Notes under the pieces: generated by a model | What the model saw: the letters and a program-made list of their open reading frames with translations, nothing else | What the model was told of the DNA's origin: nothing | Database searches by the model: none | Translations under genes and position numbers: made by a program | Part shown: positions 41,281 through 53,699 of the stretch, piece after piece | Position numbering within the stretch: the stretch's first letter is position 1 | How the letters are laid out: each line of letters opens with the position of its first letter | NCBI GenBank assembly: GCA_028534125.1 | Contig: CM052816.1 | Location: 45,882,001 to 45,946,000 of the forward strand | Length of the DNA stretch: 64,000 nt | Source: Lama glama | Lineage: Eukaryota | Reading direction: 5' to 3'

Positions 41281-43084
41281 TGCGGTCATATTACGTTGCA
41301 TAAATAACCCCACAAGGAATTTTGTGAGAAATAAATAGCAAGGAAAACTTGATAAGAGCCACCTTTCCTCTTAAGCCTTCCTCAGATGTGGAAATAAGTC
41401 ACAGGGATCCCTTTTGCCACTCAGTCCTTGTCTGGCCCCTTGACTTTGCATCCCGTCATAGCCAGCTCTAAGATAGAAATTGTTTGAGGGAATGTGTGCT
41501 CCTTTGTAATCTCCACAGAGAAGATTTGCCCCATACAGTTTCTGAAAAAGTAATTGTAGAATGTGAGTAGATGTATTTTACATTTGAATGTAAAGCAATT
41601 TTTCTTGAGTCAGTATCCACTGGCAAATGGATACGGCTGGTTGTCAATATGAAAAGGAAACGAGAAAGCTGCACCTAATTTGAAGGCTTAAAAATGGAGG
41701 GGAAAGACTTGTTCCCACAGCCCGGGAGAAGTCATTCTGCTTGAGCACGATTCCTTTGACAGTGTCAGGTCTAGATGCTCTTTTAAGGGAGAAAGTGTTT
41801 TTATAAAAGTATCCTTTTCTGAATTGTTCCCTCAGTGAGTCATCGTATTTAAACTAAGGCATTTGGATTATGGCAACAGAACTCTTCTGAGAATTTGAAG
41901 TAAATCTAAATGGGTTTTGAGCCCACATTCTTGTAAACAAAATGCTCCCATTCTATTTTAACTAGAAAAAGGGTCTTTAAGAAATATTTATTAGCTTGTT
42001 AAACTGAGCTGCTCTTGTTATTTCTGGAACAAGTTTCATAAAAATACTCAAAATTTCACAGAATTCTACCTACCATTCAGCACAAAGAATTAGAGCCCTT
42101 TTAATTTCTTTTCCTAAAGCAAGTGTTTCCTCTAGGCACCAATACATCTTAAATATATCTCCATATATTAAATGTGGGTGAAATTAAGGGTAATTACATA
42201 TTTTCAATGTTAGAATTTTTGAGGAAGTACCTGGCCAAATGGATATATCTTATGCTCAATTCAAAGAGACTAATGAATATTACCCTAACTGAATATATTC
42301 TTGAAGATTTGACTTTCACTATTTATTCATTCAGAAATTTAGATTGGATTCTGACTCTGCATCAGGTACCATGAACGTTGTGTCACACTAATGAAAGAGC
42401 AGCTTGTTGTGAGGCATATATTCAGCCTTCATCATTTGTGATGAAATCTCTTGAAAGAGTTTTCAAAGTGATAACTTAGCAAAATAACAATGAAAAAAAA
42501 ATCCAAACAGTTAACTGTGTATTTTGCATTATACAGACCAGAAAAATTTGGTTGCAAAAGGTGCAACTGATCTGAATTTTTAAATTAAAGTCAGCGGTAC
42601 TAGTTTATGGGTATTGAAACCTCAAGCAGCAGAATGCTTAAGTAGCAGCAATATGAACAAGAGAAGCTGGAGTACATTTTTGGATGTGCTATAAGAGGGA
42701 GATTCTCAAATGGAAGAGCTATGGGCTATTTGGGCTGCACTGATCTCTCCCTTGGACTTGTAGAAATGATATTTTATAATACTGTGAATTCTCTCCTATA
42801 ACAGTCTATTTTTTTTTTAAGGATGGCTACCCCGCTTAGTAAATCTTAAATTTACAAATTGGAGTTTAAACTTAAATTCATGTGCCAGTAATTGCTATAG
42901 GTTGCCTGGATCACAGTATTGAGAAGAACTCTGAGATCTTATTTAGGCTCAGCAGGAAAAAAAGGTCCTAATAAATGAGTGATATTTACCATGTTTGGTG
43001 AGGGAGGATTGGTGCGCCATATTGAGGGAGTATTGTAAGCACTGTAAGTAACCATTTATTTTCCATCTTTATCTTAGAAGGTAA

Positions 43085-43770
43085 GGGGTGGGGCTGGAGG
43101 GGCAGGAACTGGAGCCTGGTGCAGGCTGGGGATGTGCTAGGTAGGTTGGTTTGGGCAGGGTGCTAGAACACCAGGTGCTTTTCAATCTCCTGCATCTCTG
43201 TGGGTCTGGAAGCAAGGAAGTCTGTGCATGTGCCCTTTAAGAGTGGAGCCTCTGTTTCCTACTTCCAGTTCTCCTAGTTGTAAGCCCCACTGGTCTCTAA
43301 AATCGCCAAGGGGACTTGTTACTCTGATGCTGGATCCCAGGGCTGGAGTTACCAATGTGGGGCTCCAAAACTTGGCTCCTTAGGGAGGATCCTTAAGCTT
43401 ATTATATCTTCCTCCTCTTCTGGGTTGCCTGCAGAGGGTATGGGTCCTGACTAGGTTGCTTCTCTTCCCCTCCTACGCATCTCAGAGTGGTCTTTCTTTT
43501 CTTTTCTTTTCTTTTCTTTGTTTCTTTCTTTCTTTTCTTTCTTTTCTTTCTTTCTTTTCTTTCTTTTTCCTTCCTTCCTTCCTTCCTTCCTTCCTTCCTT
43601 CCTTCCTTCCTTCCTTCCTTCCTTCCTGTTTATATCCTTGGTTGTAGAAGAGCCATTCTGCTAATCTTGAGATCATTCTCAGAATTGTTCTACATGTACT
43701 AATAGTTTTGGTATGTTTGTGGAAGAAGGTGAGCTTAGGGTCTTCCTACTCTAACATCTTGATCCCACCT
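43085..43770 (-). mobile_element. LINE-1 5' UTR fragment (laurasiatherian-type), orphan
   Basis: Minus strand reads GGGATCAAGATGTTAGAGTAGGAAGACCCTAAGCTCACC...CTTCTACAACCAAGGATATAAA...CTAGTCAGGACCCATACCC, the recalled start of L1 5' ends (degenerate YY1 CAAGATGG site); GC-richer than flanks. Confidence 0.75.
43491..43627 (+). repeat. (TTTC)n/(TTCC)15 microsatellite inside the L1 5' UTR
   Basis: 15 perfect TTCC units at 43567-43626 preceded by a degenerate TTTC tract. Confidence 0.95.
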
Positions 43771-43774
43771 TCTA

Positions 43775-44185
43775 CAGATCTTAATCTTAATGTAGTTCAA
43801 TTTCTATATCTCTTTTTTACAATTAAGGCTTCTTGAGTCCTTTTAAAGAAATCTTCGTCTATTATTTAAAGTGATCAAAATATTCTATATTATTTTCTGG
43901 ATTCTTTATTGTTTATTACCTTTCACATTTAGATTCATGATATGGAAGTGACTTTCGGTCATGGAATAAGGATCAAGAATTACTTTTTTCTTACATAAAT
44001 ATACAATTGGACCAGTACTATTTATTGATAACACTGTTCTTTCCTCACTGCTCTGTATGCTATATTTTTCATGAATTATGTGCTTATATTTGTGAGTCTA
44101 CTTGTGGACTCTTTAATCTGTTCCAGTGCTCTGATTGTCTATTGTTGCATCAATACCACACTATCTTAATTAATTTAGTAAGTCA
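43775..44185 (-). mobile_element. Old L1 ORF2 fragment
   Basis: CTTTTAAAGAAATCTT, TTTCACATTTAGATTCATGAT, CAATTGGACCAGTACTATTTATTGA, CAATACCACACTATCTTAATT. Confidence 0.75.
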
Positions 44186-46584
44186 AGATCTGCTAGTAAG
44201 TCATGCTGGTATACTTGACTATCATAGAATTTCAGGGTTCCTCCTGAAAGTTTATAAAGTCAAAATTTTATAAAACGCTCCCTTTATCATCAAATTTTCA
44301 CTGTGAGATAATTTTCCATATCACTGTAACAGTAGATTTATGAGTTACACTCTGTTGCATAACTATATTATAAATGTTTATTTTTATAAACACTACTTAA
44401 ATACTTTTACTAATGCTACTATTGCTACTAGTATTATTACTTATGTTCTGATGAAATAGGGCTTTATGACCATTTTGAAAGAAAAATAATGCAAAGAATT
44501 TAGCCAAGCCCCTAAATGTGTCAGTATATTTTTCATTCAAATAAGAGCTAAAAATATCTACTGCACAGTAGTCCATCCAAATTTTTTTCATTCCTACTTA
44601 ATGTATATTCTGTGAAAGTACTAAAATCCATAAATAGTATGCAGGATTTATTTGTCAGTTTAATAGATATATTATAACAGCATCTCAAGTTTATGACCAA
44701 AATCTCAACTAGCTATTTTTGTTTGCTCACACTGTTGTAGAGGAAAAAAAATTCATTATGTTCCTAGTCACTGTTTGAAAAAGTTCAGCCTTCTCTGTGC
44801 ATGGTTTTTCTGTATAACACTTGGTGGAATTGTAATGCTTTTACTGTCACCTCTAAATATCATTACACCTTAGAGAATTTGCAGAGTTATGTAACACTGT
44901 GATTAAACAGAATCACACCCCTTTCATAGCACAGACTCCAAGTTTTGCTGATGTAGAAAATGCAGAATCCTAAGATCTCCAGCTGTCTTACCTAAAGTTT
45001 ATAAGAGGAAAGGAAGATGAAACTAGCAGCTGAAAAGAAATTAAGAAAAACCTCTTTTATAATATAAATGAGAGAGAATGGTCAAAAATAAATCAGCCTC
45101 CCCTAGCTTCACTTAAAATCCTTTTTAAGTAACAATATTTTCTTTCCTTGTTGGCTTGTTGCCATGAAGGCATTCAGAACTCCAATGCAAAATGATTATT
45201 AAAAGATAGAAACTTATTTGGAAATGAGCAAGGTAATTAAAAAAGAACAGAATATTTCTAATCCTTGAGATTTTCAGAGGAGTGAACTAAACCAGATTTG
45301 TAGATCATATGGTGCTTCAGTGAAAAAAAAAATACACAGCAGAAAAATTATTCTTTATTTCTGGGATAAAAATGTTATGTTTTTCATAGTTGACATTTTT
45401 GTCACACTCGAGTTACTGAAGCAAATACCCCTTTCTTCATTAATAATGAAAGGAGTTAACATCAGGGCTCAACTATTTAAGCAATACAACAGAGGTCACT
45501 TATACAGGTCCATTACAGTTTCTAATAATTAAAAACAAGAAAAATATTCATAGTCTCACATGACACTCTAATTTGGTGATTTTCGCACATTTCAAAACTG
45601 AAACTTGCAGTTGAGTGCAAAGAGCATACAGCCCTGGCTGACACATCCGGATTTCCTGTGAATGCAGCTGGAGAAGTCACTAACCTTCATCCCGGAGCTG
45701 ACACCCCATTTCTGGAGAACAAACTTACCTTCCCCCTACATCTCAGAATACTCACCTGTCAGAAGTATGTCTGTGTTATTTAATGTCTGGTGTCATTTCA
45801 CATTTGAGAATCAAAGAGTATTTTATGAATAATTATTTGCCTGCTATTTTTTTTAAAATTCCATTTTCAAGTTTCTACTTTACTTCCTAAGCTGTAATTT
45901 ACTTTCACGGTCCTTTGCTAATTATATAGGTTATCAGATGCTCTAACAAGCAGGCAGTGACAGGTCTGCTCCTAGTTTAGATGATCTCTTCAAAAATATC
46001 CTTCAGGTACACAGAACTGCTGCAACTCAGTGTTTCAGTCTGAGGGGTGTGGACTTATGGGAAAATGTCATCAACTAATATTTCTATTTAGAGTTAACCT
46101 TCATAATTTATTTAATTTTTATTTATTCCTCTGTGTATATATATTTTCATGTATGTATTTTATCACTCATAAAGAAGTCAGTTTGCTCAGCTATCCTGTG
46201 TACTCAGTACTGTGAGGATAGGGTAGGGGAGAGTTGTCTGGATGAGCCCAAGTTTTACTTTCTCAATTGGACAAATTACCAAAACTTGGTTGGGAAGTCA
46301 CCCTGGGATTTTTCTTATTCATTTGCAAGAAGTGTTCTTGTTTCATAGTTTGTTTTTTTAAATCCTTTTGCCTGATCCTGCTCCTTTGAAAAAGTCACTT
46401 TAATTTCTCATATACTAGATTTCTTTGATAATGTTGTTTTGTATCTTTTGTCGTTGGTGATCTGTGATAGCTCTTAATTATCCCCGAAGTATGAATTCAC
46501 CAATGGGAATCACTTTTCTAACCTATGCTTCCTATGTTTATGTGGAAACTGCCACAAATTCATGTAACTGTAACTTTTTCTTTC

Positions 46585-47002
46585 TGTAATGGGAAAAGTT
46601 GTGAGATCCTTGTATTCATGATTTAAGGAAAACATAAGATAGCAACTAAGATGTAAATGGGACTTCAAAGGGGAGGAAGGCAATTCACAGGAAGATGAAA
46701 AAAGGCAAATGTTTGGTAAACAAATGTTTGCTGGGCCTTAAAAAGCAATGAGACAGAGAGAGGACTCTAACAGACTATGCTCAGGTTCTTCCCTGTCTAT
46801 CACACCTAGTTCATGTTATACTGTTGTTATCTATGGCAATAGCTCCCTTCCTGGAACAGGTCCACTATGTAAATTCTTTTAGGCAGTTAGGAAGAAGGTC
46901 AAAGTTTCTTCCTGAGTTTTTTGGGCCTTGACTGTTTTCAGCCGAAAATAATTTGTGTGCCTGAGTGGCACATCCTGAGCTTGCCTGCCCTGAACCCCAT
47001 CA
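46585..47002 (-). mobile_element. ERV1-class solo LTR (MER34/MER39-like)
   Basis: TG...CA bounded; minus strand starts TGATGGGGTTCAGGGCAGG; contains GCAAATGTTTGGTAAACAAATGTT and AAATTCTTTTAGGCAGTTAGG...AAGGTCAAAG; no clear TSD. Confidence 0.7.
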
Positions 47003-47182
47003 CCACCTTCATGTTTCAAGAGCTTAAGAGACCTGTGCAAACAGTTTACTTGTAATAGGCACTGCAAGTTTCAAACTTGGGCCCACATGAGGCCAGAGCC
47101 CAGGCTATGTCCCACTGAGCTGGAGGACTACACATGAGTCAGCAGGAAGTAAGAAAGTCTCAAAATTGATTTGGGGCTGTAG

Positions 47183-47324
47183 ACCATGGTTCTCAGACTT
47201 GGCCTTATACTAGAATGCTCCACACCAGATCAATTAAATTTGAATGTTTTAGGGGATGATCTGGGTATATTTTTAAAGGTTGGTAGATAAATACAATAAT
47301 GTGCAGCCAGGCTGAGAACCATTG
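47183..47324. mobile_element. MER5-family element
   Basis: Terminal inverted repeats CATGGTTCTCAG / CTGAGAACCATTG; AATGTGCAGCCAGG. Confidence 0.7.
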
Positions 47325-48194
47325 CTCTAGTTTTATTTAAGTCCTGCTCATTTTCCTCCTCCTTTGCCATCAATTGGTGAGTTCTGTCTATAGACTCAGG
47401 CCTGTTGTAGTTCCTCTGCCAACCACAATACAGGCAAGAGCCTCAACCTCCGTCCCTAGTGAGGTGGCATAGGTACATTTGCGGTTAAGTTATAAGTGAT
47501 GGGAAATCTGGCCCTTATTCGTTTGAGCAAAATAGTGTTCAATGTTGTCTTTAAAGCTTTCTGGTATCAAATGTAGCTTATGTTGGGGTTAATACTATGT
47601 CATGTGGGCTCATCTCTCGGCTTTACTTCCTCTAGAGTGGCACATTCTTGGGATTATTATCAGTGTCCTTCTTCAGTAAAAGAAATGCTCCCAGAAGCCA
47701 AAATCCAAGTCCTAGAATTGAGCCTGTTTGGGTCTGATTAGCCTCACTTGAGTTCTGTGTTCATCTGGCAGCATTCTCTGTAAACAAGGTTCTCTGTATG
47801 GGGATTGGATTATCCTAGGCCACAAGCTCTATCTCTGTAACCTGGGGAAATAATCAGTTTAACTTTAGCAGGAGCTGGGGGTAAGGAGCAGTGGTTCTTC
47901 TAAAACAAAATTAGCATATAATTGCCTTTGAAAAGGAAAAGAATCCCTTCAAGTTGATCTCCAGTGCCCACAGTACAGTCACATGAGAACATTTAAAAAT
48001 ATCTCCAGGCTTCCCCTTAAGAGATTCTGATTGAACCCTAGGTTTGTACCCAGCCCTCAATGGTACCATCTGCTTTCTGTGCTTTCTCACCATTACCCAT
48101 ATCCTTGCTGGGACTGACCCCCAACAATAAAATCCAGCTTAGCTGGCTAGAAGCTTAAAGCCTTGCTTAGATTTTGTTAGCTCTTTCTTATGAG

Positions 48195-48216
48195 AAACAA
48201 AACAAAACAAAACAAA
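48195..48216 (+). repeat. (AAAAC)n microsatellite
   Basis: About 4 units seen directly. Confidence 0.85.
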
Positions 48217-48489
48217 TCTTGTACTAAGTTATCTTTTGAAGATAAAACCAAATAACTCTGGCCCATTCATCTACCAGGCTTAGAAATAGACTTCTCATTA
48301 AGAATTTGGTTAAATCCTTTTGGCTTTCTGGACCTCAAATCTCCCATCAGTAAAGTAGCAAAATGAGTTATATGATTCTAAAGTCTCTTCAAGCTGTAAA
48401 GTTCTATTAATTCATCCTAACTTCATCTCATTTGGTCTGTTTTTCTGGAATGATTAAAACATATACTTAATGAGATTTAAATGTTAAAG

Positions 48490-48620
48490 AGAGTGATTAT
48501 ATCTCCCTGTTTCCTGGGAACTGTCCAATTTTTTACCTTTGTTTCCATAAAATCATTAATTGTTCCATGGTCATTCTCAGAAGTTTCCTGGTTTGGATGA
48601 CACATCACTGTAGTGACCAT
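48490..48620. mobile_element. MER94-like hAT-Blackjack fragment
   Basis: TTCCTGGGAACTGTCC...CTCAGAAGTTTCCTGGTTTGGATGA...GTGACC. Confidence 0.5.
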
Positions 48621-48654
48621 GTTTTATGAGAAAACATAGCATCTTTCTTATACT

Positions 48655-48840
48655 ACTAATAATATTTAGCAAGCAGTTACAGTTTGCCTGTTGTGAGCGA
48701 TTTAAATATTTTGATTTACTTAGTCCTCATAACAACCCTACAGGTCAGATTCTATTATCAACCCCATTTTATAGATAAGAAAAATGAACTTCAGAGACAT
48801 TAAGAAACTTGCCAAACATCAGAGAGCAAATAAGTGAGAA
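48655..48840 (-). mobile_element. MIR SINE
   Basis: TCCTCATAACAACCCTA...CCCATTTTATAGATAAGAAAAATGAACTTCAGAGACATTAAGAAACTTGCC. Confidence 0.85.
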
Positions 48841-51489
48841 AACATTTTATTCTCCTGCCTCTCACATTTGATATTTACTTACTGAATTAATTGATTAAAA
48901 TTAACAAAAATGAAATCACTATATCAAAATATTTATCAAAGTTTTAGATCTCAAGTAATTCCTATGATTACCGGTTATAACCAGAACTGCAAACTAGAGG
49001 ATGCCAATTATGAAAATCCAGTGTAGGCAAAATCCTACAAAGAATAGTACAAGGGAATTTGTGCTATCCCACATGTAGTGTGTTTTCCGGGAAAAACATT
49101 TGTAGTATTGTCTATCCCACCTCAAATCATACAGTTTAAGTGATAAATTTAGATTATGTAGATATCTATTTACATATATATAGGATATACTCATTTAATT
49201 TTTTCATAAAAGCTATATATTAGTATATATAAATTATTATAGTAATTTGGGTACAAGGTGTGCTGTATATACATATATTTGGCATATCTTATATCAAAAT
49301 TTACCTAATAAAATGTAAGTGATGTGTATGTTTAGATGGAAATATTTCAGTTACCATAAAGTTACAATTTTATTTTATTTTTTGCTGTTTTGACTGAAAT
49401 ATTTGTTTTCCCTTAGTTAAATTTAAGTTGAACTGCTAAAAATTATTAGACTTTTATAGAGATAAATAAACTTTCTCAGTTTTTTTAAGAAGCACTGTGT
49501 GACAAACTCATCTGATTCTAATTATTGCCTGTGGACCCCCAATCCATATTTGGTGCTTTGAATTTCTAGAGGAGAGGCCTAGTAATTATTATTTTTCACA
49601 AGTACCACAAATGAATCTTAAGATCTTAAGAACATGAGTGCCTAGGAAGCACTGTTTCAGACTAGGAAAATTTTTTGTTGTATTGAATAGAACACAAAGT
49701 TGAAGGAAACTTTGTTTATAAGGTTATGGGGTAAATTTTTAAATTGCACAACAGAAATCCATTTAAAATGTTGTAAAATAAATTTTTGTACTGGTAAATA
49801 TCTACCTTTGTATTCTGTGGGTAGCTTTATATTTGGAGGGACTGAATTTACTAAAAATAAAATTGAAAATCAAGTACACGGTAAAGTCACTGAATTCCCC
49901 AGAATGCATTGGGGTTTTTTTTTTTTTGATAACTTGAATTTATTGGCATTCATCCCCGTGGTAAGATACAGTGCCAAATTATATGTTTTGCTCTAATGAT
50001 TTACATGAAAATGACTAGAACTATATTTATTTACCTACTTTTTCAGTTTTTCTAATATTAAATATGAAAATATACATTTATTTTCATTGAACTTGTTAGA
50101 AAACAATTTGGAGCATCTTTGTATATTTTAACAACACAAATTATTTTGTTATTGATGTGATTCTCTCAAACTGTAAATTTTGTCATTTTTGCCACAAAGT
50201 CACAAGTCTGTCACATTTCTCCATGATTGACAGAGAGCCTTTGATTTAGGCCAGCTGTTGGAGTGCTGTGCACTTACGGCTAAAGCTTTCTGGAGGCCTT
50301 GACTATCACATTTTCATAGAATGTGAATTCCTTTTTGTACATGTACATATTGTACAGAGAACAGAAGAGCTCACAGCAGCCACTAAACGGCATCTGTTCT
50401 TTATAGTGAGATGAAGAAGCTGCAGAAGGTTTGTAGAAACTTGCTGAAGCTTGTTGTCACTTAGCAGGAAGTGTTTAGAAGTTTGCAAAGAACAGAATAA
50501 CAATTTGTCAAATGTTGCAAACTTCACAGTGAGCACACAATGTTTGATTTCACCGTTGCTCTAAATAGGCTTGCATTTTATATACTTTCAAAATGACCAA
50601 CTTTCTTTTTTGGTAAAATACCAAAAATTCCAGCACAGGAATTCACAGTCACTCAAGTGGGACACATTCTTTTGCTTTTACTTTTTTCTGGCGTGTTGGG
50701 GGTGGTGGGAGGTGGAGGGAGGGGGGGCCCTAGGGGGAGTGAGTTAGCAGGACAATATAGTAGAAGTCACAGCTACAGCAGTCCTGGCACCTGCCTTGCT
50801 GATTGGGATGAAGTGGAAAAAAAATTTTTTTCTAAATTAGAAACTTTATTTTCAGGCTTATGAGAGATTCTTGAAGAAGCCAGTGAAGTGCTAGAGTCAA
50901 AACTTTATCATGTGAATCTGAGGAACCTTTTCTAATTATTCTTAACAAGGATCTTAATTTTGAAACTTGGTTGAGATTTGTTCCTTTCTGGGTTAAACTG
51001 GACTGAGCCTTCCTCTGGGCAAACTGGAAAGAAGGAGAGTGTGATTTCTGGAGGTGTCTGGCAGGCTTGGTCTAGAGTGGGTGTAAACGACCATTTGATG
51101 AATTGTTTCAGGGGAACTTTATAAGCACCCCAAGAACTGATGAAGAACCTTATTACTTCCCCAGGAACATTACCTCCCTTAATGAAAGGAAAACAGCCTC
51201 TCGGCTCTTTAATAGTCATCAAGTGAGATGCAGGTACTTCTAGGCTTTTATTTTCAATCACCATTTATAGGAGACCTCACTTTTTACCATTAAATCTAAC
51301 CAGAAACTATTATAAAGCAGTTTAATTGTAACGTGGATCCTCCTTTCCTGTAAAGATTTCATTCTAACTTGGGGTTACCTTATCAAATAACTTGGAAATC
51401 TTACCAACAGTCTATCATAAAAATAAACTTTCAGGCTACGTTTGACGGCACTGAATGAAGAATTAAGGAAGAATATGTAATTGTCATTT

Positions 51490-51719
51490 GCACCACACAC
51501 ATACAATAGAGGTAAATAGCCTCAAGAGCATAAATAATAGAACAATGTAAAACAATTGGAAAGTGATGCACTTTGGGTATTTGCTACCTTTGCTTATAAT
51601 ATAATTCATTTAATTATATTTATGTAATTTAATTTTTAATAATGGCTCTTCAACAACTAGCTGCAAAATTTCTGAAAATTTAACAGTTGCTCTCACAAAC
51701 CAGGTCTAGCACACCATTG
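51490..51719 (-). mobile_element. MER63-family hAT-Blackjack fragment
   Basis: GGTAAATAGCCTCAAGAGCATA, TTTAATTTTTAATAATGGCT, GCAAAATTTCTGAAAATTTAACAGTTGCTCTC and terminal CTAGCACACCATTG. Confidence 0.75.
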
Positions 51720-52726
51720 CCTAACCTTTTTAGAGCTTTTCCTTTATGAGAAGGTCCTTGTATCTATGGATAGCCTTGCCCCGTAGATAAATCTCCAGTG
51801 TTTTCTGTATATTCCACTTGAAATAACAGAATCTCAGGTAACTTATTACACTTCTGTTACAGCTGTGTCAAATATAACATCAAATTTACACTTTTTACCT
51901 TTCTTCATTCCCCCCCCAATAATTAGTTCTTTCATTCTTTCCAATGTATGTTTCTTCTCTTTCCAAAATTCTTAGTTTTGCAAAGTGTAATCATATTAAA
52001 GTTGCAACTTGCTCACCTTAATCTCAAAAACCCCAAACCTGAGAGTCACTTAAAAAGAAATGCCAGCTTTCTTCTTAAACCCTGAAGAGTTATATGTTTT
52101 TAAGTATAAACGTCCTTAACCCACCATAAACCAGGAAAAAAGAGTGATTGTAATTTACCATCTGTGCCCAAATGACCCTTTTTATTTATTCATTTTTATG
52201 TCAATTTATGAAAAATATGAAGAATAGAGGAAAAGTGAAAAACAATTTTACTGGTAATGAGTGAGAATTTAAAACCTCTTTGTGTCAAGTAAATTTTGGC
52301 ATTCAGATATCAGAACTGATAAAAGCATTTTGTCATGCATCTTAGCTAAACCAGGTAATCCCAAGTTTTGTTGCAAGTGTTATATGGTGAAGTTCTTTTC
52401 TGTTGAATGACTAATTGGATGAGAATACCATATTTCTTTCTTGTCTTTAGAAATATTTTGTTCACAGAGGATATTATCATTTAAAGTCTCGTATTCTGAG
52501 ATCTTACTGATGATTTTACCATCACCTTTATTGTCTAGAATGCTGTCTCTTCACATTCATTTTCTGTTTCATCTAATAACTATGATATGTCATCCTCTAA
52601 ATCTTCTCTTTGCTATTGTGGAAAGAAAATGAAAAGTTTTGAATTTTAAACTTTTTTAAGGAGAGCTAAAGATGTACTACAAAATTAGATGTCTCCATTG
52701 TCACCATACCTTTTTGCAAGATAATG

Positions 52727-53331
52727 TGTGGGTTCGTCACCAGTTGTGGGTTCTAGCCAGCAGAAGTCCCACTGAGACAGAATGAATTACTCAAGACTCG
52801 GGAAAAGTCAAGAGAGTGAGAGGGAGTTGAGAGCCAACTCCACAAGCCTCTCAAATCTCTCATATTTATTGAGTACAGTCGAAGCAGGAATTTAGGGAAG
52901 GACAGGGTGGGATCACAATGAGTACAAAGGCTTTGTTTATTGTTGGTGTTTGGCTCAAGGACAGAAGACCCTTTTTGGTGAATCTTAATAGTATTGAGCC
53001 TTTCAGCTTATCTGGGCGGAATGTATGAGAACCAGCTGCTTGACAAGATTTTTCCTGGACTCAGGCTGCTGAGCCTGTCTTAGGTTGCCCTCCCTCAGGG
53101 GATCTTACCCTTCATTGGCTAACCAGCCTTCTCACCTCTGAGTCTGCAGCTTTTTACCATTCCAGCCCAAGGCTGTTTTGGGGATAGAAGACTAACAGCA
53201 GGCACGCCCAGTGTTTATAGCTGGGGGCCTGGGTTGTTGCTAAAACCTCAAGGCAGTTACTAAGCACATCTTTAAGGAGATAAGAGGCTAGGATCTGTTA
53301 CAATTTGTTAACCCAATCATGGGCTCCCCCA
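52727..53331 (-). mobile_element. Young solo LTR, probably ERV2/betaretrovirus-like
   Basis: 605 bp, TGTGGG...CCCCCA termini, perfect 6-bp TSD ATAATG (52721-52726 and 53332-53337), minus-strand AATAAA about 140 bp from the left end, GC-richer than flanks. Confidence 0.85.
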
Positions 53332-53699
53332 ATAATGCTATATTTGGGTAATTCAGTGAGAAACCTAAAATGATGATTGATTTTTCTGTTGCATCTTTTT
53401 TCTAGTTGACTCTGTTATTTTTTTGTTTTCTTTTTGTTTGAGTCTTTTAAGCATAGTTAAGAATAATTGATGAATAATGAAATAATTACTAAGATGCTAA
53501 ACTAGCAAAATGTTTCAAAGTATAGGAAAATAAAACCACTGAGATTTCATAATGTAGTTTATAAAAGAACCCAATGGTCCAACATATTTATTTATTTATC
53601 CTATATATACTTTTAAAGTAAATTGATCTTTGTTCTTGGAAGAATGAATAAGAGTCGTATAACATTGATCCTATTCACAAAAGAAACTCAAACTAAGTT

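Noticed and set aside
43456..43702. Three ORFs with LPSF or EGRK repeats
   Set aside because: Translations of the TTCC/TTTC microsatellite
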